From Eledone cirrhosa (Eukaryota), in assembly GCA_964016885.1 (NCBI GenBank), contig OZ024740.1, positions 369,706,001 to 369,770,000 of the forward strand: a stretch of 64,000 nt of DNA. The letters run 5' to 3'. Numbering within the stretch: the stretch's first letter is position 1; every line of letters starts with the position of its first letter. The position numbers and the translations under genes were made by a program. The notes under the pieces were generated by a model, which did not search any database, had not been told where the DNA came from, and saw nothing but the letters and a program-made list of their open reading frames with translations. Of the stretch, positions 1-16,063 are shown piece after piece.

Positions 1-269
1 TAACTAATTTACACCTTAGAAATCAATATGTTGACTATCTTTGGTTTAGTTAACATATGATTAATGGTATACTTATTTATTTTGAGATGCATAGATTTTG
101 CCTTAGTTCTTGTTTGCTGTATTTCCTAACACTGAAAATATGTAAGAACATACATTGGATAAAGATACGGAAAATATTTTATGTTTCTTGAAACATATAT
201 TTACTTTGATCCCCTTCTCCAAACCCCCCCTTTCCCCCATACTATTATCATCTGTATTTGTAAGCGTCT

Positions 270-2360
<2,091 letters not shown>

Positions 2361-3091
2361 TATATTTTCGATAATACCACTATTATAATTAAACACTGTT
2401 ACACTGCCAGCGTTAAGTAAATATAACCAACCAATCTCGCACCATATGCTAATATGAATCTCTTGCCTATATATGCAAGTGAACATCTCAAGCAAATGAT
2501 CATCACGTAAAATTCTATTTCTTGCCAGTACCGTTTTTGCCAAGTGTCACTGATGACAGATTATCATTGTCAAAACTGACAATTCTGTAAGGAAAATAGA
2601 GAAAATGAAACGTTTTGAATACGATAAAATATCTTTCTTTGATAGAGCGGCTACCCATATGTTAATGTTATACAATTGTATTATATATGCTTATATGTTT
2701 TCATAATCATCTCCATTATACTTAAATGCTGTCTCTCTCCCCACCTCTCTTTCTCTCCTTCTATACATATATATACTAGCAGTTTAGCCCGGCGTCGCTC
2801 GGGTTTGTTCATTTGCTATGAAAAGTTACAAACAGGTAAACGTAGCTTGAAAGCGCATAAGCTTATCAATTAATTGCATAAAGCAGTTGAACCGGTTATT
2901 AATTGTTACGAACCAATTAGCATTTTGGACAATCAATGATGGGTTAATAATCTTCCAATAGCGAATTTAGTAGACCAAAGTTGCAAGATGGTGGGCCTGA
3001 TGCCGCTGGGTGTCAGATCTGTCCGCTATGGGTGACGCTACCAGTATTCCAGACGGCATAGCTACAACACCACCAACACCTGCACCAACAT

Positions 3092-4250
3092 CTATAGCAC
3101 CTCTTTGTAGACGATATTGCGTGTCATCCCTTGAGGAGTGTAAGCAAAAATTCCATTCATGCTCCCTACGCTGGAACAGGCAACATAAAGTGGGCCATGG
3201 GAGAAGCATGACTCCCCCAAATGGATGCCCGCCACCGACAATGTTTGCCCTTGTGACTTGTTAATGGATATGGCAAAACATGGTCTCACCGAAAATTGGG
3301 ATCGCCGAAAATCGAACGGGATATCTGACGCCGAGGGGAAAAGGTTCATCCTTGGAATGAAAACCTTCTCCCCTCTCCCGCACCCCGTTACAATGGTGGC
3401 CTCAATCAAGTGGGGCGTCAGTGACTTGACGACCATGCGAGTACCGTTGCACTGCTTTGGTGGACGCAAGTTCCTTATTAGCATAATGGTCAGCCAACCC
3501 TAAGCTTAAGAATGTAAGGTGGGGGCTCAAGGGAATGTAATAACTCAACCGGATAATTAACGATATCGCCGGGGTCTGACGTCTGGTCGATAGATTTGAA
3601 GATGTGTTCTTTACCGGGAATTTTCTCAATCAGCTGCTCGTTAATAAAATTAACCATGGTATTTTTCGGAGCAAGGATGGCTCTTTCGCTGAACCAATCG
3701 ATGTTTTTAAAGTTAGATGAAACATTAGGAAAAACTGCTTCCCAAAGTTCAGAAGTGCTGCTCAAAATGTTTCACAGGGTATCGATTGCTATGCCGCCCT
3801 TGACATCCGCAGGCACCTTGCCCTCACCAAGTGCTAACATATTCTGAGCAAATGCTGCAGAATTGTTGTCACCATGCAAATGAGCACGCATATTTGCGCT
3901 CAGGTACAAACTCTTCACCTGGAGCCACAGCATTGACGACTTAAGACAGGCACGCGCCTCATCAGCTCTTGTCCCTTTGGGGATGACAGGCAGCGTTTTC
4001 CGAAAATCCCCTGATAGCAAAAAGGGTTACGCCTCCAATAGGAGCCGTAGAATCCCTAATGTCTTTCAGGGTCCTATCCAATGCCTCAAGGGCACCCGTG
4101 TGCACTCATGCCAAACCATGAGGCAAAATCCTTTGAGAACCAGAGCTTTGTGTGAAGGCTTGCTGATATTCATGTTGGTTGCTCAGTTTTTACTAAATCC
4201 AAGGGGAGCTTAAAAGTTGAATGTGCTGTCCTATCTCCCGGCAGCAAAGT
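3092..4250 (-). pseudogene. Helitron PIF1-like helicase domain, interrupted by stops and frameshifts
   Basis: Motifs GDFRKTLPV, RAILAPKN, RNL..CNGTR, FIPR, QFSVRPCFAISINKSQGQT, FSHGPLYVACS across ORFs 3772-4020, 3490-3765 and 3092-3484. Confidence 0.93.
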
Positions 4251-4364
4251 GTTCTAAATAGCTTGCCAAGTCATGCTGACAGGAAATGGTATAGAGTATC
4301 TGTTCAGAACAGATACTCTATACCATTTCCTCACAGCATGACTTCGCAAGCTATTTAGAACACT
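4248..4364. repeat. 117-bp near-perfect palindrome (58-bp arms, 1-nt loop)
   Basis: agtgttctaaatagcttg..gtatctgttc-a-gaacagatac..caagctatttagaacact; 3 mismatches; centre at 4306. Confidence 0.95.
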
Positions 4365-4573
4365 GGTTTAACAGCTTTACTTCCCTCCGAAGAAGAGATA
4401 TTATCTCGAAAATTAAGGACATTTAAATAAATCTAAGGTAAAAGACTAATTGCCAACAATATCTTTTACATTTGCATTTTTCTTATTCTATGTCCATACC
4501 TGTATTGTTTGGCTTTACAAATTCAAACGTTTATACCTCATTATACAATGCTTCAAGTGAACTATAACTTCCT

Positions 4574-4642
<69 letters not shown>

Positions 4643-7129
4643 GCAGATATTGCACCAAACATTTATATTTTTCATGGTACAATACTTGCTCATATAATAT
4701 GCTCCGCGATCTCTTCTGGACCTATACAATATAAGCATTCATTGTTGATTTACAATTTAAATGATTTGTCTGTGTAAAACTTCATGTCATCTTTATCCAA
4801 CACGAATTACTCAAAGACAATCTGAATACGTTTAGATACTTGAGAATATTTTAATGCTTGATATCCTTGTCAGTGCGTAGGAAGTGAATAACGGACTAGA
4901 ATTTCTCAGTTAATACATTGAATATTATAATTTATATGAATAATATTAGTATTGATAATATTAGTTACTGCGTAGCTGTACTAACGTACGTAAATCCTTT
5001 TCTATCTAGGTCAGGTCATAGTGACATCACTTGAAAATCTATACGTAAGAGGTGGATGATATTGCAGGATCGACACGCAAACATTCCGTCGTTCTTTATG
5101 TTTGAATTAGCGTAAAATATAATGATATACGGCATTAAATTAATAGCTTTACAGCTGAGATACTTCTATTTCTGTTTTGTAATAATATGATTTGACTGGA
5201 GTTTTATCTCTGGAAAATCTTATCTAATCTTCTTAATGACGTGATATTGGTGTCGTATTCAAATTCAGCTAACAATCTTGTAAGTTACAAATCATGCATA
5301 TTTTCTCATGTAAGTATGCATATATGAACGAATACATTCAACGTATGTATTGATGCATGCAGCATGTATTGACAGATCTGTTTATGTACCCCATCAATGC
5401 AGCAAAATATGTATGCAAACAATTCTTTGTTCCTATTTACCTATATTATTTGTAGAGGTTAGCCCACACATTGCTTTATCATTAATGTTTTTTTTCTTTT
5501 TTACAATCAAGTCATCTTTAACTTTCGGGTCACATTTTGAAAAAATATCCTAGCACGAAGTTTATTCCATAAATATTCAACATTTAGCAACGTGTAAATA
5601 GTTATATGAAATAAGTAAATGCAAAATTATAATACAACCAAATATATTTTTGGTTAACATATACGTGTTCCATTTACAAAAAATAGAAATTGTTCATATG
5701 TAGATGGTTTTCACCAGTCAAATCTGTACAAGGAAACCTATGAACAAAAGGCATTCCAGTCGTGTGTATAGAGTCTTAAGTATGTTTATCACCTACCCTA
5801 ATTTACTCTAATTAAACGTATCCTATATCGTCCTTATGTGTCTCATTTTGCTACATTAAACCAGCCTACACCATTTAATCGTTTACAGAACCACCTAATT
5901 TACTGTACTTTGATTCATCTCCATTTCTTTTTCATGTGGTTCTTTAGGATATTTTGAAGATACCTTGAGGCAGCCTACATTAAGTAATTGTCTACAGAAC
6001 CACCTAATAACTCTTTACTGGTTTGACATGTTGGCCCAGAGACCGCGATAGGTTTCATGACTGTATACTGCAAGCTGTATTCCCACCCAGGAATTCCCTT
6101 TATATCATAAGATTTCACCCAGGCATCGCGCTCATCAAGTGCATGAGTCCCCTTGAGAGGAGGGATCGGACAACTTGATGTAATCCGTTGAGCTTGGTTA
6201 AAAGTGGAACTAGCGAGTAGTAGGGCTCTCATACATACAGCAATTATGAGCCAGTTAAAGCATAAGTATATAACAACTACGTTATATACTTTAATTTATC
6301 GGTAAGATATACTGGTAATCATTTTTAATATAACTATTTTGTTTAATTCGTTTATTATATGTTTACTTATAGTTATCAATTATATCCTTCCAACTGCTTT
6401 GTCACATTGTTGCAGACATAAGTGATAATTGGGTTGAGAGGAGATGGCTATCACTACTACAATAGCACCCACAGCCCCTGCAGAAAGATTGGGGGTTGTG
6501 TTACTTGCAGAGGTCATTACTACAACGATAACTAGCTGCTTTCAACATCCGGCTATAGTGACGTGGGAAAGAGATGGATCATCACTTCCACTATAGATCT
6601 GCGGGTTATACAAGGGCCCACCAGCGAAGTATCAATATCAACACGCTCGGCTGCACTTGTATCATGAAAAGAAAAGACAAATTTCGAGGAAGTATTTAGA
6701 AATGTTTTTGAAGAAGTTTTTAATATTGTCAAATGTTATTCTTTTAAGTTTTTATGGCACCTGCAGAGTTCAGGATATCAAAATATGTATCACAGAGATA
6801 TAAATAAACCTACATGAATTCGCTCACATAATACATTGTATCTTCGGTTCTTTCCTTTCTATATCTTGGACTTCCAACAAAAAGTAGAAGGTAAAATTAT
6901 TTAGAGAATCTTTTAAAAACTTAGCTTGATTCGGTGCTGTTTAATGTACAATAACCGTTAAAACTCAATTTTGGCATAGCTATCAGATAAATACATTTGG
7001 AATAATCGTTTACATCTTACAATTATTTATTAGCTGTAAATGATATGTATAATATTGCCTGAGTGTAACGTTATTATTTGGGGCTGTGTGATTGGGGCTG
7101 TGTTTGGGTTGTATAACGGTAAATCCAAC

Positions 7130-8390
7130 GAATAGCCATCATTTCTTCTCCAGTGAATCAAAGGATATTACAATGGATCATAGGATCAATGTAATTCATT
7201 GAATTTCTTTACAGTGTTTTCTTTATAAGTAAAAATGATGTTTCTTCGTGGCAATTCAATTCCAGCCATTACCAATCCAACATCGTTAGATACTCGGTCA
7301 TTGAATATTCATGCATGCTCACCAGCTGGTACTCTATCTGCACAAATTGGCAATTGAAGTTTTTGACTGTTAACAAAAGATGCCATAGTTTTAATTTGTC
7401 TGATAAGCTCACTATTTTCCAAAATAATCTCTTGGATGTGTATTATAGTGTGCAAGTGTGTTTCAGAGAACCTACTATTTCTAATATCAATTTGTTCATT
7501 TAAATCATTAATAAAATAAACTTGAGCGTATTTAGGAAAATTATCAACTGCATTATACAATGAATTTATTCATTGATAAATTTGACCTCTTATTTTAAAA
7601 ACTGGCATGAACCCCGGCAGAGATATTGATTCACTGACTCCAAAGGATGTCATTGAAAGCAATTAGTTATATATTTTCATATTCTTTAAGAAGTTTTGGG
7701 AATCCCGAGTTTTCCCCAGCATTAGTGTTTTTAAAGGTTCAGGTGTTCTTTCAATTAAATCAATTTAACTTTACCATTTGAGCAACATAATCTTTTGTGT
7801 TCATCTTTAAATAGTTTTGCACAACAATGCATACAAACTAAGGATATTTGATAGATTTTCATAATTTTTAATTTTTACTTGGATCATATTGAAATGCTGC
7901 ATTTGTAAAAGATTTAACAGAAATACGTAGTTCAGCATACCTTGAGCTTTTTACTTGAGTTACAATTTCTTGTTCCTCCCTAGTCCGAGAATGTCTTGCT
8001 TCATTGTGAGAAATTCTATTTTCCTCTGTTATTTCATCTATTCTTTCTTCTGTCAAATTTCCTTTTAACACTCGGTGTGCCAATCTGTTTTCCTCTTTTA
8101 TTTCATCTCTTCTTTCTTCTGTCAAATTTCCTCTCAACACTTGGAAAGCTAATCTGTTGTCTTCTCTAATTTCATTTCTCCTTTGAATTGAGAGCCTTTC
8201 CCGTCTTTGTATGATACTCTCGACTGATTTCGTGCTCTCTGAATTCATTTTTTCTTCTTCATTTATTTTCATTCTCTTTAGGAGCTTTCTTTCTGAGCTA
8301 TTTGAAATTGTCCTTACATCATTAATATCATTGTTGTTTAAATTAGTAGTTGCATCGAAGGGGTTATCATTATTACATGCTGTATGAGAA
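7130..8390 (-). pseudogene. Helitron RepHel N-terminal remnant (charged repeats, Cys-rich motif, helitron_like_N upstream region)
   Basis: Repeated RGNLTEERRDEIKEENRLA units, AAFQYDP, C-x2-C..KDE..LCCSNGKVKL (7770-7835), PKYAQVYFI, ADRVPAGEH. Confidence 0.85.
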
Positions 8391-8610
8391 CGGTGGATTA
8401 GTGGTATCAATAGAGGATCGGGCACTATGCCTTGCAGCATAAAGTTATGTTCCCTTATGGTCTGAGTTCAAATCCCGACGAGGGTAAGTTCGCCTTTCAT
8501 CCTTACGGTGTAGACAAAATAAAGTATTAGTAACGCACTGGGGTCAATTTGATCGATTTTCCACTGCGCCAAATTGTTGGCCCTGTGCCTAAATCAGAAA
8601 ACATTATTAT
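8390..8610 (+). mobile_element. tRNA-derived SINE, family 1 (Meta-domain-like core)
   Basis: B box GAGTTCAAATCCC, core GCCTTTCATCCTTACGG, tail ..CCCTGTGCCTAAATCAGAAAACATTATTAT. Confidence 0.85.
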
Positions 8611-9569
8611 GTACTGTATTAATATTGATGTAATTTTCTAATGTGACACTGTTGTTAAATGGATTTTTGTCGTTTGCTTCCATGGCGACAAAATATGGAT
8701 GAAAAAGAAGAGTAAGATAATATAAGAAAGGTTTGGATAAGAAAGAGTCGAATTGTTCAAATAACGGAACACACGATCATGAAATTAACGATTTCTACAG
8801 ATACGTTCACTCTTAGCAAACTTTCTCCTAGAATCAAACTCACGATCTAATACTTTCTTTCTGTATTTATTCTATTAGACGACATTCAAGCAGACGACAA
8901 TTACTTGTGTGTGTATGAGTAGGTTTGGGTGAGTGTGGGTTATGCGTGTCAGTGTCATAATATACAGTAAATCATGTAATTCTCTCCCCTAATCCAACGT
9001 ACAGTCTTTCTCTCTCTCTCTCGCTCTCACACATATATCTCACCTTGGTAGTGATGGTGGGAGACAGCCGTGGTAGCAATAAGAATGCAGACAACAGTGA
9101 AAATAGGAGTAGGGTGTATGAAATTTTAAGATAGATGCTGCAGAATGTTTTAAGATAGTAAGGTAGATATATACGTATATAGATAGATATGTAGGTAGGT
9201 AGATAGATCGATACAGAGTTGTACATAGAGGTACAAATCAATGTGTGTGTTGTTGAAGCTAGGGTTTATTTTGTTGTCATTTCTAGCAAGACAGGTTACC
9301 ACAAAATGGCCCTTACGTGTTCGACAGACTATATATATTATAACCCCCCTCTCTATATATATATTATGACCCCTCCCTCTGTCCTTTGCAAATGTTGCAA
9401 CCTTGTTTGAATTTTTTTCGCCATAGATTTTCGTAGATTGTTTACCATCCCACTTCCTTCGGTTGTCTAACGCCCGGACTGACGGACACGATTTTACTTT
9501 TACTTATATAGATTTTAACACGTATACACTATGTTGTTTATGAGGCGATTATATATTCCTCGTGTTGAT

Positions 9570-9760
9570 GGTTGTTCTATCCACGGGGTGTAAAACAACC
9601 CCGCAGTAGCGTTATTCCCCCCACTAATGGGGATTTCAATTGTTTTATTTTTATATAGTTTATTGTTAATTATCATTGTTAAAGATTTTATGTAAAAAAC
9701 CCGCCTTCACGTCTTGTAATGTCCCGTTTTTGTGCGCCCCTGTGGCAATAAATAAATATA
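9570..9760 (+). mobile_element. Diverged Tx1-like LINE 3' UTR fragment
   Basis: CCCCC..GGGGATTT hairpin and GCCCCTGTGGCAATAAA end resemble the Tx1 3' UTR at 43520-43738. Confidence 0.45.
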
Positions 9761-9984
9761 TCTATTAGTGGACAATCAGTTTTTAGACATACGTTTGCAA
9801 TTGTGCTTAATGACTTTAGAAGGAGGTTGAGAATGTCGATGACATCTTGGTTAGAATTTCCTGTAGGCATATTTTTTAAATTCGATTACATGTGTTGCAC
9901 AATGATCTATCGCTTACTGGATGAACTAGTGGGTTTGGTGACTTCCGTCTCCTTCTTCTTTTTCTTTTTCATTTTCTAATTATT

Positions 9985-10240
9985 ATTCCCGGGATGATCG
10001 TGGGTGCAGAGTCCTCGAGCACGCGTTTCACCAGCTCCTTCCAATTGATTGGGCTTACCTTCAAGTGTGTACAGCTGAGCTCAAGTACGTTATCCAATCA
10101 TCCTGCTCACTGTCTCTCTCTCTGGGTTTCATGCCATTTGTCTTTGCCGGTAAAATCGCTCCAGCGATTCTTACCTTTGACGTTCTGTCCACATGCCCAT
10201 AATATCAGAATTGTGATGTCCCAACTCGGAGAAATAGCGG
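9985..10240 (-). mobile_element. Old LINE (RTE-like) C-terminal fragment
   Basis: Minus frame reads GHVDR..KPRERQ*..*LDNV, like the GHV.R..GRPR..W.D terminus of RTE/CR1 ORF2. Confidence 0.5.
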
Positions 10241-10802
10241 CTCTACCTGAAGCAACTCACTGATATCCAAGCAACACTCTCTATGGAGTAAAGTTACAAC
10301 AAAGCCCGACCCTACAGCCGCGATTCCTGATGTATAGAGTAATGTTATGTTTAAGAATTACTAGTTACATATTAGATGTACGGCTCTGCTTAGTACTGCC
10401 TCTCACGTCACTCCCAACTTTTCTGTCCTTGTTTCCATGAAACATTAGCAATATAAGAGTGTGTTGCGTTTTAATGCATACGGATTGGTTATGTTTTGGA
10501 AACTGCTACAATGCAGATATGAGTGTTCTTAATAAGGTGACAACAGTTGAGTAGTAAAGAGGAAGAAGATAGAAAACAGGGAAAGAACCCTACATAATGT
10601 TACCTTGGAAATATTTATTAGACTCTATATTTCAGTTGTGCCCTCCGTTATCAAGCGGGCCGATGGGAACACCGGAGAAGGTCAATGGCCTTCTACGCCT
10701 CTCTGTGACAATATTACTTCTCTGCGATGGCTCATTTTTCTCCGTACTGATAATCTCACCGCCTTTAGTAATATTTATTTTGTAAAGAAATATTGGTGTA
10801 TG

Positions 10803-10970
10803 TAATAATTGTTTCTACGTTTGGCACAAGGCCAGCAATTATCCCAGTGTATTACTGGTACTTTATTTTATCGACCCCGTAAGGATGAAAGGCAAAGTTA
10901 ACCTCGGCGATATTTGAACTCAGATCATAAAGGGAGGTTCTATGCTTCAAAGCATGGCGTCCGACCCTAA
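10803..10970 (-). mobile_element. SINE family 1
   Basis: Reverse complement of the consensus seen at 59943-60127. Confidence 0.9.
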
Positions 10971-11785
10971 CACATGTTTTGCGCCTTACGTATGCCTTTT
11001 CTTTTCTGAGTTTGATACATTTCATCTGCATTATAGATGTTTGCATTGTGGATATCAGCAGGAATGTTATTGTGCTAACTTTGATAGCATTCTCTCTCTC
11101 TTTAGGTAGAAGTGTGAGAATATTTATAGCATTATATTTTTCTGTTTTCATTTTCGATTAATTGTTGTTACTGGAAAACGAATGACGGGGTAAAGTATGT
11201 TTGTCGCTTGGAATATACGTACTGTCTTCCTTTCGTCCACTTCTACACAGTGCCATGTGTCATGACCAAGCTTTCTTATGGAACAAATTCTTTTTAGTTT
11301 ACAGTGTAGAGAGAAAAAAGGAAAATGTGTCAACTAACTACATCGTAAATAATAGAATTGTGATAGCTAGAATTCTCATGAGCGTAATGTAGGCAATTAT
11401 TTGGCTTAGTGTAAGGATAGAACGAAAGAATTGTGAGATCAATGGATATACTCAGAAAGTTAACTATCTTGAGATAGTTTTCGAATTTGATATAGAGTTT
11501 ATATATCTTAAAGCATCAGTTGATCCTCTTTTAAATTTGTTCGATAGGAGTGACATTTTGAGAAGGACTAGTACGCAGGCCATGTCGTTTTTATAGCCCT
11601 AGAATGATAATTTTCAGTTTATAGAAGAGAGAAAAACATCCTTACGGTGCCCGGGCAAATTCTCCCAAATGCTAGACGAATTTATGGTATGATTAAATCA
11701 ACAGTAAATCTCCCTGATCATCTGCTCTGTGTTTTGCAAAAATATAAGATAAGGAAGTGAGATTATATTAGGTGTTTAATATAAT

Positions 11786-11978
11786 GGGCGTTGGATTGGC
11801 AGTACCGGTAGAGGGTCAGACGCCATGCTTTGCAGCAGAGAGTTATGCCCCTTTATGATCCGAGTTCAATTCCCGCCATGGTTAACTTTGCCTTTCATCC
11901 TTACAGGGTCGATAAAATAAAGTACCAGTAATGCACTGGGTAATTGCTGGCCTTGTGCCAAAAGTAGAAACAATTATA
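11786..11978 (+). mobile_element. SINE family 1 with 19-bp target-site duplication
   Basis: A box TGGCAGTACCGG, B box GAGTTCAATTCCC; ATTATATTAGGTGTTTAAT occurs on both sides (11762 and 11973). Confidence 0.92.
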
Positions 11979-12038
11979 TTAGGTGTTTAATGAGCACTAT
12001 GTGGTAGACGTAGAATTACTATGTATAAATACATACAT

Positions 12039-12104
<66 letters not shown>

Positions 12105-13718
12105 GTGTGTGTGTGTGTATGTCTGTGTGTGTCTCGGTGTGTGTGTGTATTAGCTATAAGTATACAAGATAGGGATTTTAAAAAGTGACATTCAATGTTC
12201 CAAACATAAATCCTTGGACAGAAAATAAACCAATAGTCTAGGATGCAAGAATGGTAGAGAATTTAAAAAAAGGGTCGAAAAAAGAAAACGATAAAGGGGA
12301 ATAGGGCTAAGAAAGAATATCACCTGGATAAATGAAAATGAATGAATGGTGGGTATTGAGCAAATCATGGAGAAAGGACGCATTACAGAGGTGCACAAAC
12401 AATTACGTCATCTAAAGCAGTATGGAAAATGTATGGTTTGGACGTGATTGTATGAGTGCTTTCATGTTTGCATGAGCTCATATACGCGGAAGTGGAGGCT
12501 AAACGTATTGATTGGTCAGCGTTGGTGCGTGTGTATGGTTGAGATGTATCGACTGCATGTGATAAGGGCGTGGTTGCTTTTAGAGTGTTTGTTTATGCTG
12601 CTTTGATTGTGTATGTGTGTGCTTATAAGTGTAGGTGTGTGATAACATATGTGCGAGTGCTCTTGCATGATGATATATACATGAGTATTCTATCTATGAA
12701 TAGTGTATGGATGTGTATGATATGAATTGTTTGGTTAAGTACCTGTTGCTTTAACTGGAAACATAAATGAATGCATTTTGAGTGATGTGTATTAGACGTT
12801 CACTGAATATATATTTTGGTAAAGTATTGTACTGATATCACTGCACATATTATGCATTGTTTGGCTTCATCAAACCTACGTGTAACATTCTCCGATCTTT
12901 CCGCTACTGTTGTCGAAGGTTTGCAATATATAATATTCATATAAAATATCAAGTACTATCGAGCAAATAAATGTATTGTTTGTCTAGTTGATATTGTTTG
13001 TCTAGTGCTGATCATATATATGATTGTTTCGAAATATTTCTGAACTTGATATGTGTTTCGGATAAAATATTTATGCTAAATATTACATTCTAATGACAAT
13101 GATTGCGCCCTATTAAATCATTAATATACTATGTTCAAATCTAATTACTAATCATTTTGAACTAGCTGGCTTATTGGTTTCCTGCGTAAATATCTTACTG
13201 GAATAATAAATTCACTTGACTGTCTCAGTGATATCGTAGGCGTAATTCTTTTATAAAGCAATGCATAATAAAATATGAAGTCTTTTGACATCGTTTCTGA
13301 AAATAATATATGATATCTACTTCGTGTTTGTCGATGCTGTAAATCAAGCAAATCCATTATAATTGTTACAAATATTAAAGATATTACGTTAAGCTATTGG
13401 GTTAAGTGGACATTTTATGTAATCATGACATCTAGAAAAACATTAACGGTATGTGACGCGAATACAAAGTATAAAACCATAGAACGAAAACAAATATGAA
13501 AAAATGATGACATCATTTAATTATATTGAATAAATTCAGCGTTTGTTAACGTTATATCGTATTTCATATCAGAAAGCTGCATATGCTAGGAAAAGTCATT
13601 TTGTGTATTTCCGTCTATTTTAACACATTAGTCATGTACATATATTTCTGTCTCTCTTTTTGTAACTTTCTCTCTTTCTGTCTTTGTCTCTCTCTATTTC
13701 TCACTTTCTCTCTTTCTC

Positions 13719-14084
<366 letters not shown>

Positions 14085-14099
14085 ATATATATGTATATA

Positions 14100-14500
14100 T
14101 ACACATGGTGGCTGCCAACTCGTTTTCGAGTACGGCCACTACTTTATATCCATGTAGGAGAACTCCTACTGATGCGCTGAATGAGTGTGACTTTTTAGTC
14201 CAGCCAGCGACTTGAAAACTCTGGTACAAACACTACACTTGTGACAATTATTGACACATAGTGCTGGGCCCTTGGTACCATGTGATGACAATGCAGAGAG
14301 ATCTCCAGATATAAAGCAATGCCTGTGCCGTGAAGCTTTTATAGTGGGCAAAGGCACTGCACAAAGCCAGTCCCACTCCCTTAACCAAGATGATATTTAC
14401 CAAAAAGAAGAACAAGTCAACATCATTGGATACCATCAGGGTTGCAGGTGTTATATCAGAGTTTTCCCTCTCCTAGAATTCTGCCTTGACAAAGGCTAAG
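14100..14500 (-). mobile_element. RTE (BovB-like) LINE 3' end
   Basis: C-terminal zinc finger CSVCTRVFKSLAGLKSHTHSAH followed by a short 3' UTR and microsatellite. Confidence 0.7.
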
Positions 14501-14544
14501 GGGTCATCTCTCTCATACATATATACATACATACATATATACAT

Positions 14545-14602
<58 letters not shown>

Positions 14603-15212
14603 AGATTTACATATACATAAACTAGAGAGAGCCATAGATATATATGTGTGTTTTTGGCAACCATTCACGATGTGGCTCAATGACGAATTAATTAATTTAA
14701 TAATCAACAATCAGAGCAATATACAAGAAAGTACGTCCGTAGAATCATTTGATAATATATTTTAAGTATTTCCTCTCCCAATCAGCATAATCAACCGCAG
14801 AATAAATCAATTAAACAAGGCTATAAGATTAAAAGGCACCTATGAAGAGACAATATATAAATAAACAATAGCTCTCTATCCGCGATCAACAACCACAGAA
14901 TATTTACCCAGTATATCTAATAGCACGTTGAAATCGATTAGATATATCGCCAACCATACACAATTAGGTACAAAATCAAAGTTAGAAGAACAATTGTATA
15001 TAAGCATACCAATTTTGGTATGTTTATATACATTTTTTCTGATCAGTGGCGAAAGCGCGTCACCTACCAATAAATGTAATGAAGGAGTAACCAATCGTCC
15101 TTGTTATCCTTTCAATATATTACACTCTGTATAGCTCTACACCTCATGACAGAAGTGAAACTGAACATCGAGTGCTCACCCGGGTGAACCTGCAGTAACT
15201 CCAAGTTACACT

Positions 15213-15277
<65 letters not shown>

Positions 15278-15279
<2 letters not shown>

Positions 15280-15472
15280 TAAAAAGGAAACGAAAATGCT
15301 GACAAATTTTTCCCAATTAAACATTGTTTAATTAGGAATAAGTATAAATTAGTAATAAATATTGGTTAGTATTCAGTTTTAGTTTTAAGTTTTTACCGTT
15401 GTGCCTTTCTAATGCTTTTCAATAATAATACTGAAATAGAGCGCCCGTGATGTTTGCTCTAATCTGATCAGT
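15278..15472. repeat. Single copy of the repeat that forms the 47491-47878 palindrome
   Basis: Shared gaaaatgctgacaaatt..ttagtattcagtt..tgtttgctct..ctgatcag; abuts a TA tract. Confidence 0.8.
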
Positions 15473-16028
15473 TTTGGAAATTCTTCCTGTTTTATGTGAA
15501 AAAAGTGGCTCCAGAGGTATTAAGATTTGGTTGGTTGTTGAATGTCACGTGAATAAGTACTATAAATTTCGCGCCAATTCGTGTTGTAAAAATTCTTGTA
15601 GTCAAAACAATTTTGATTGGTCGGTAGAGGTCACGTTAATGTTAAAAATTGATCTTAGCGCGAACTGGATTGGCGCCAAATGTAGGTTTGTCGAAGAGTG
15701 TCTTTTTTCGCTTGATTGAGTTGCAGTCATGTTGAGAAGTGACTGAAAAACATGTCTATTCAGACAAATATATGTGTGTGTGTGTGTGTGTAGTAAAGAG
15801 GTTCATTGTTGTGATAATGGTCAGCAGTAGGGATGTGTGTGTGAGTTGCAATCACGTTGAAAGGTCAACAGTTCAGGTGTCTATTTAGACAAATATGTGA
15901 GTGTGTGTGTGTGTGGATGGACCAGTATTTTTGTGATACTGGTAAACATGGTGTACAGTATTCGATATTTTCAGTCATATATTGTATATATATATATATA
16001 TATACAATATGTTGAAAAGGTAACACAC

Positions 16029-16063
<35 letters not shown>

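Larger units (their letters stand above)
2776..9512 (-). mobile_element. Decayed Helitron (possibly a composite of two families) with both termini
   Basis: On the minus strand, A|TCTATATAAG.. at 9513/9512 is a 5' end, and a GC hairpin (AACCCGAGCGACGCCGGGCT) followed by CTAG|T at 2779-2775 is a 3' end. RepHel N-terminal and PIF1 remnants lie between them in the correct order. Confidence 0.6.

Noticed and set aside
2548-2590. CTGATGA followed by a small hairpin, possible hammerhead
   Set aside because: No GAAA after a proper stem II and no stem I.
7868-8440. 190-aa ORF as a host gene
   Set aside because: Its start lies in an antisense SINE and the rest is Helitron N-terminal repeats followed by stops.
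10597-10805. GC-richer patch after a TTTCAG, possible exon
   Set aside because: No recognisable protein motif, donor site or partner exons.
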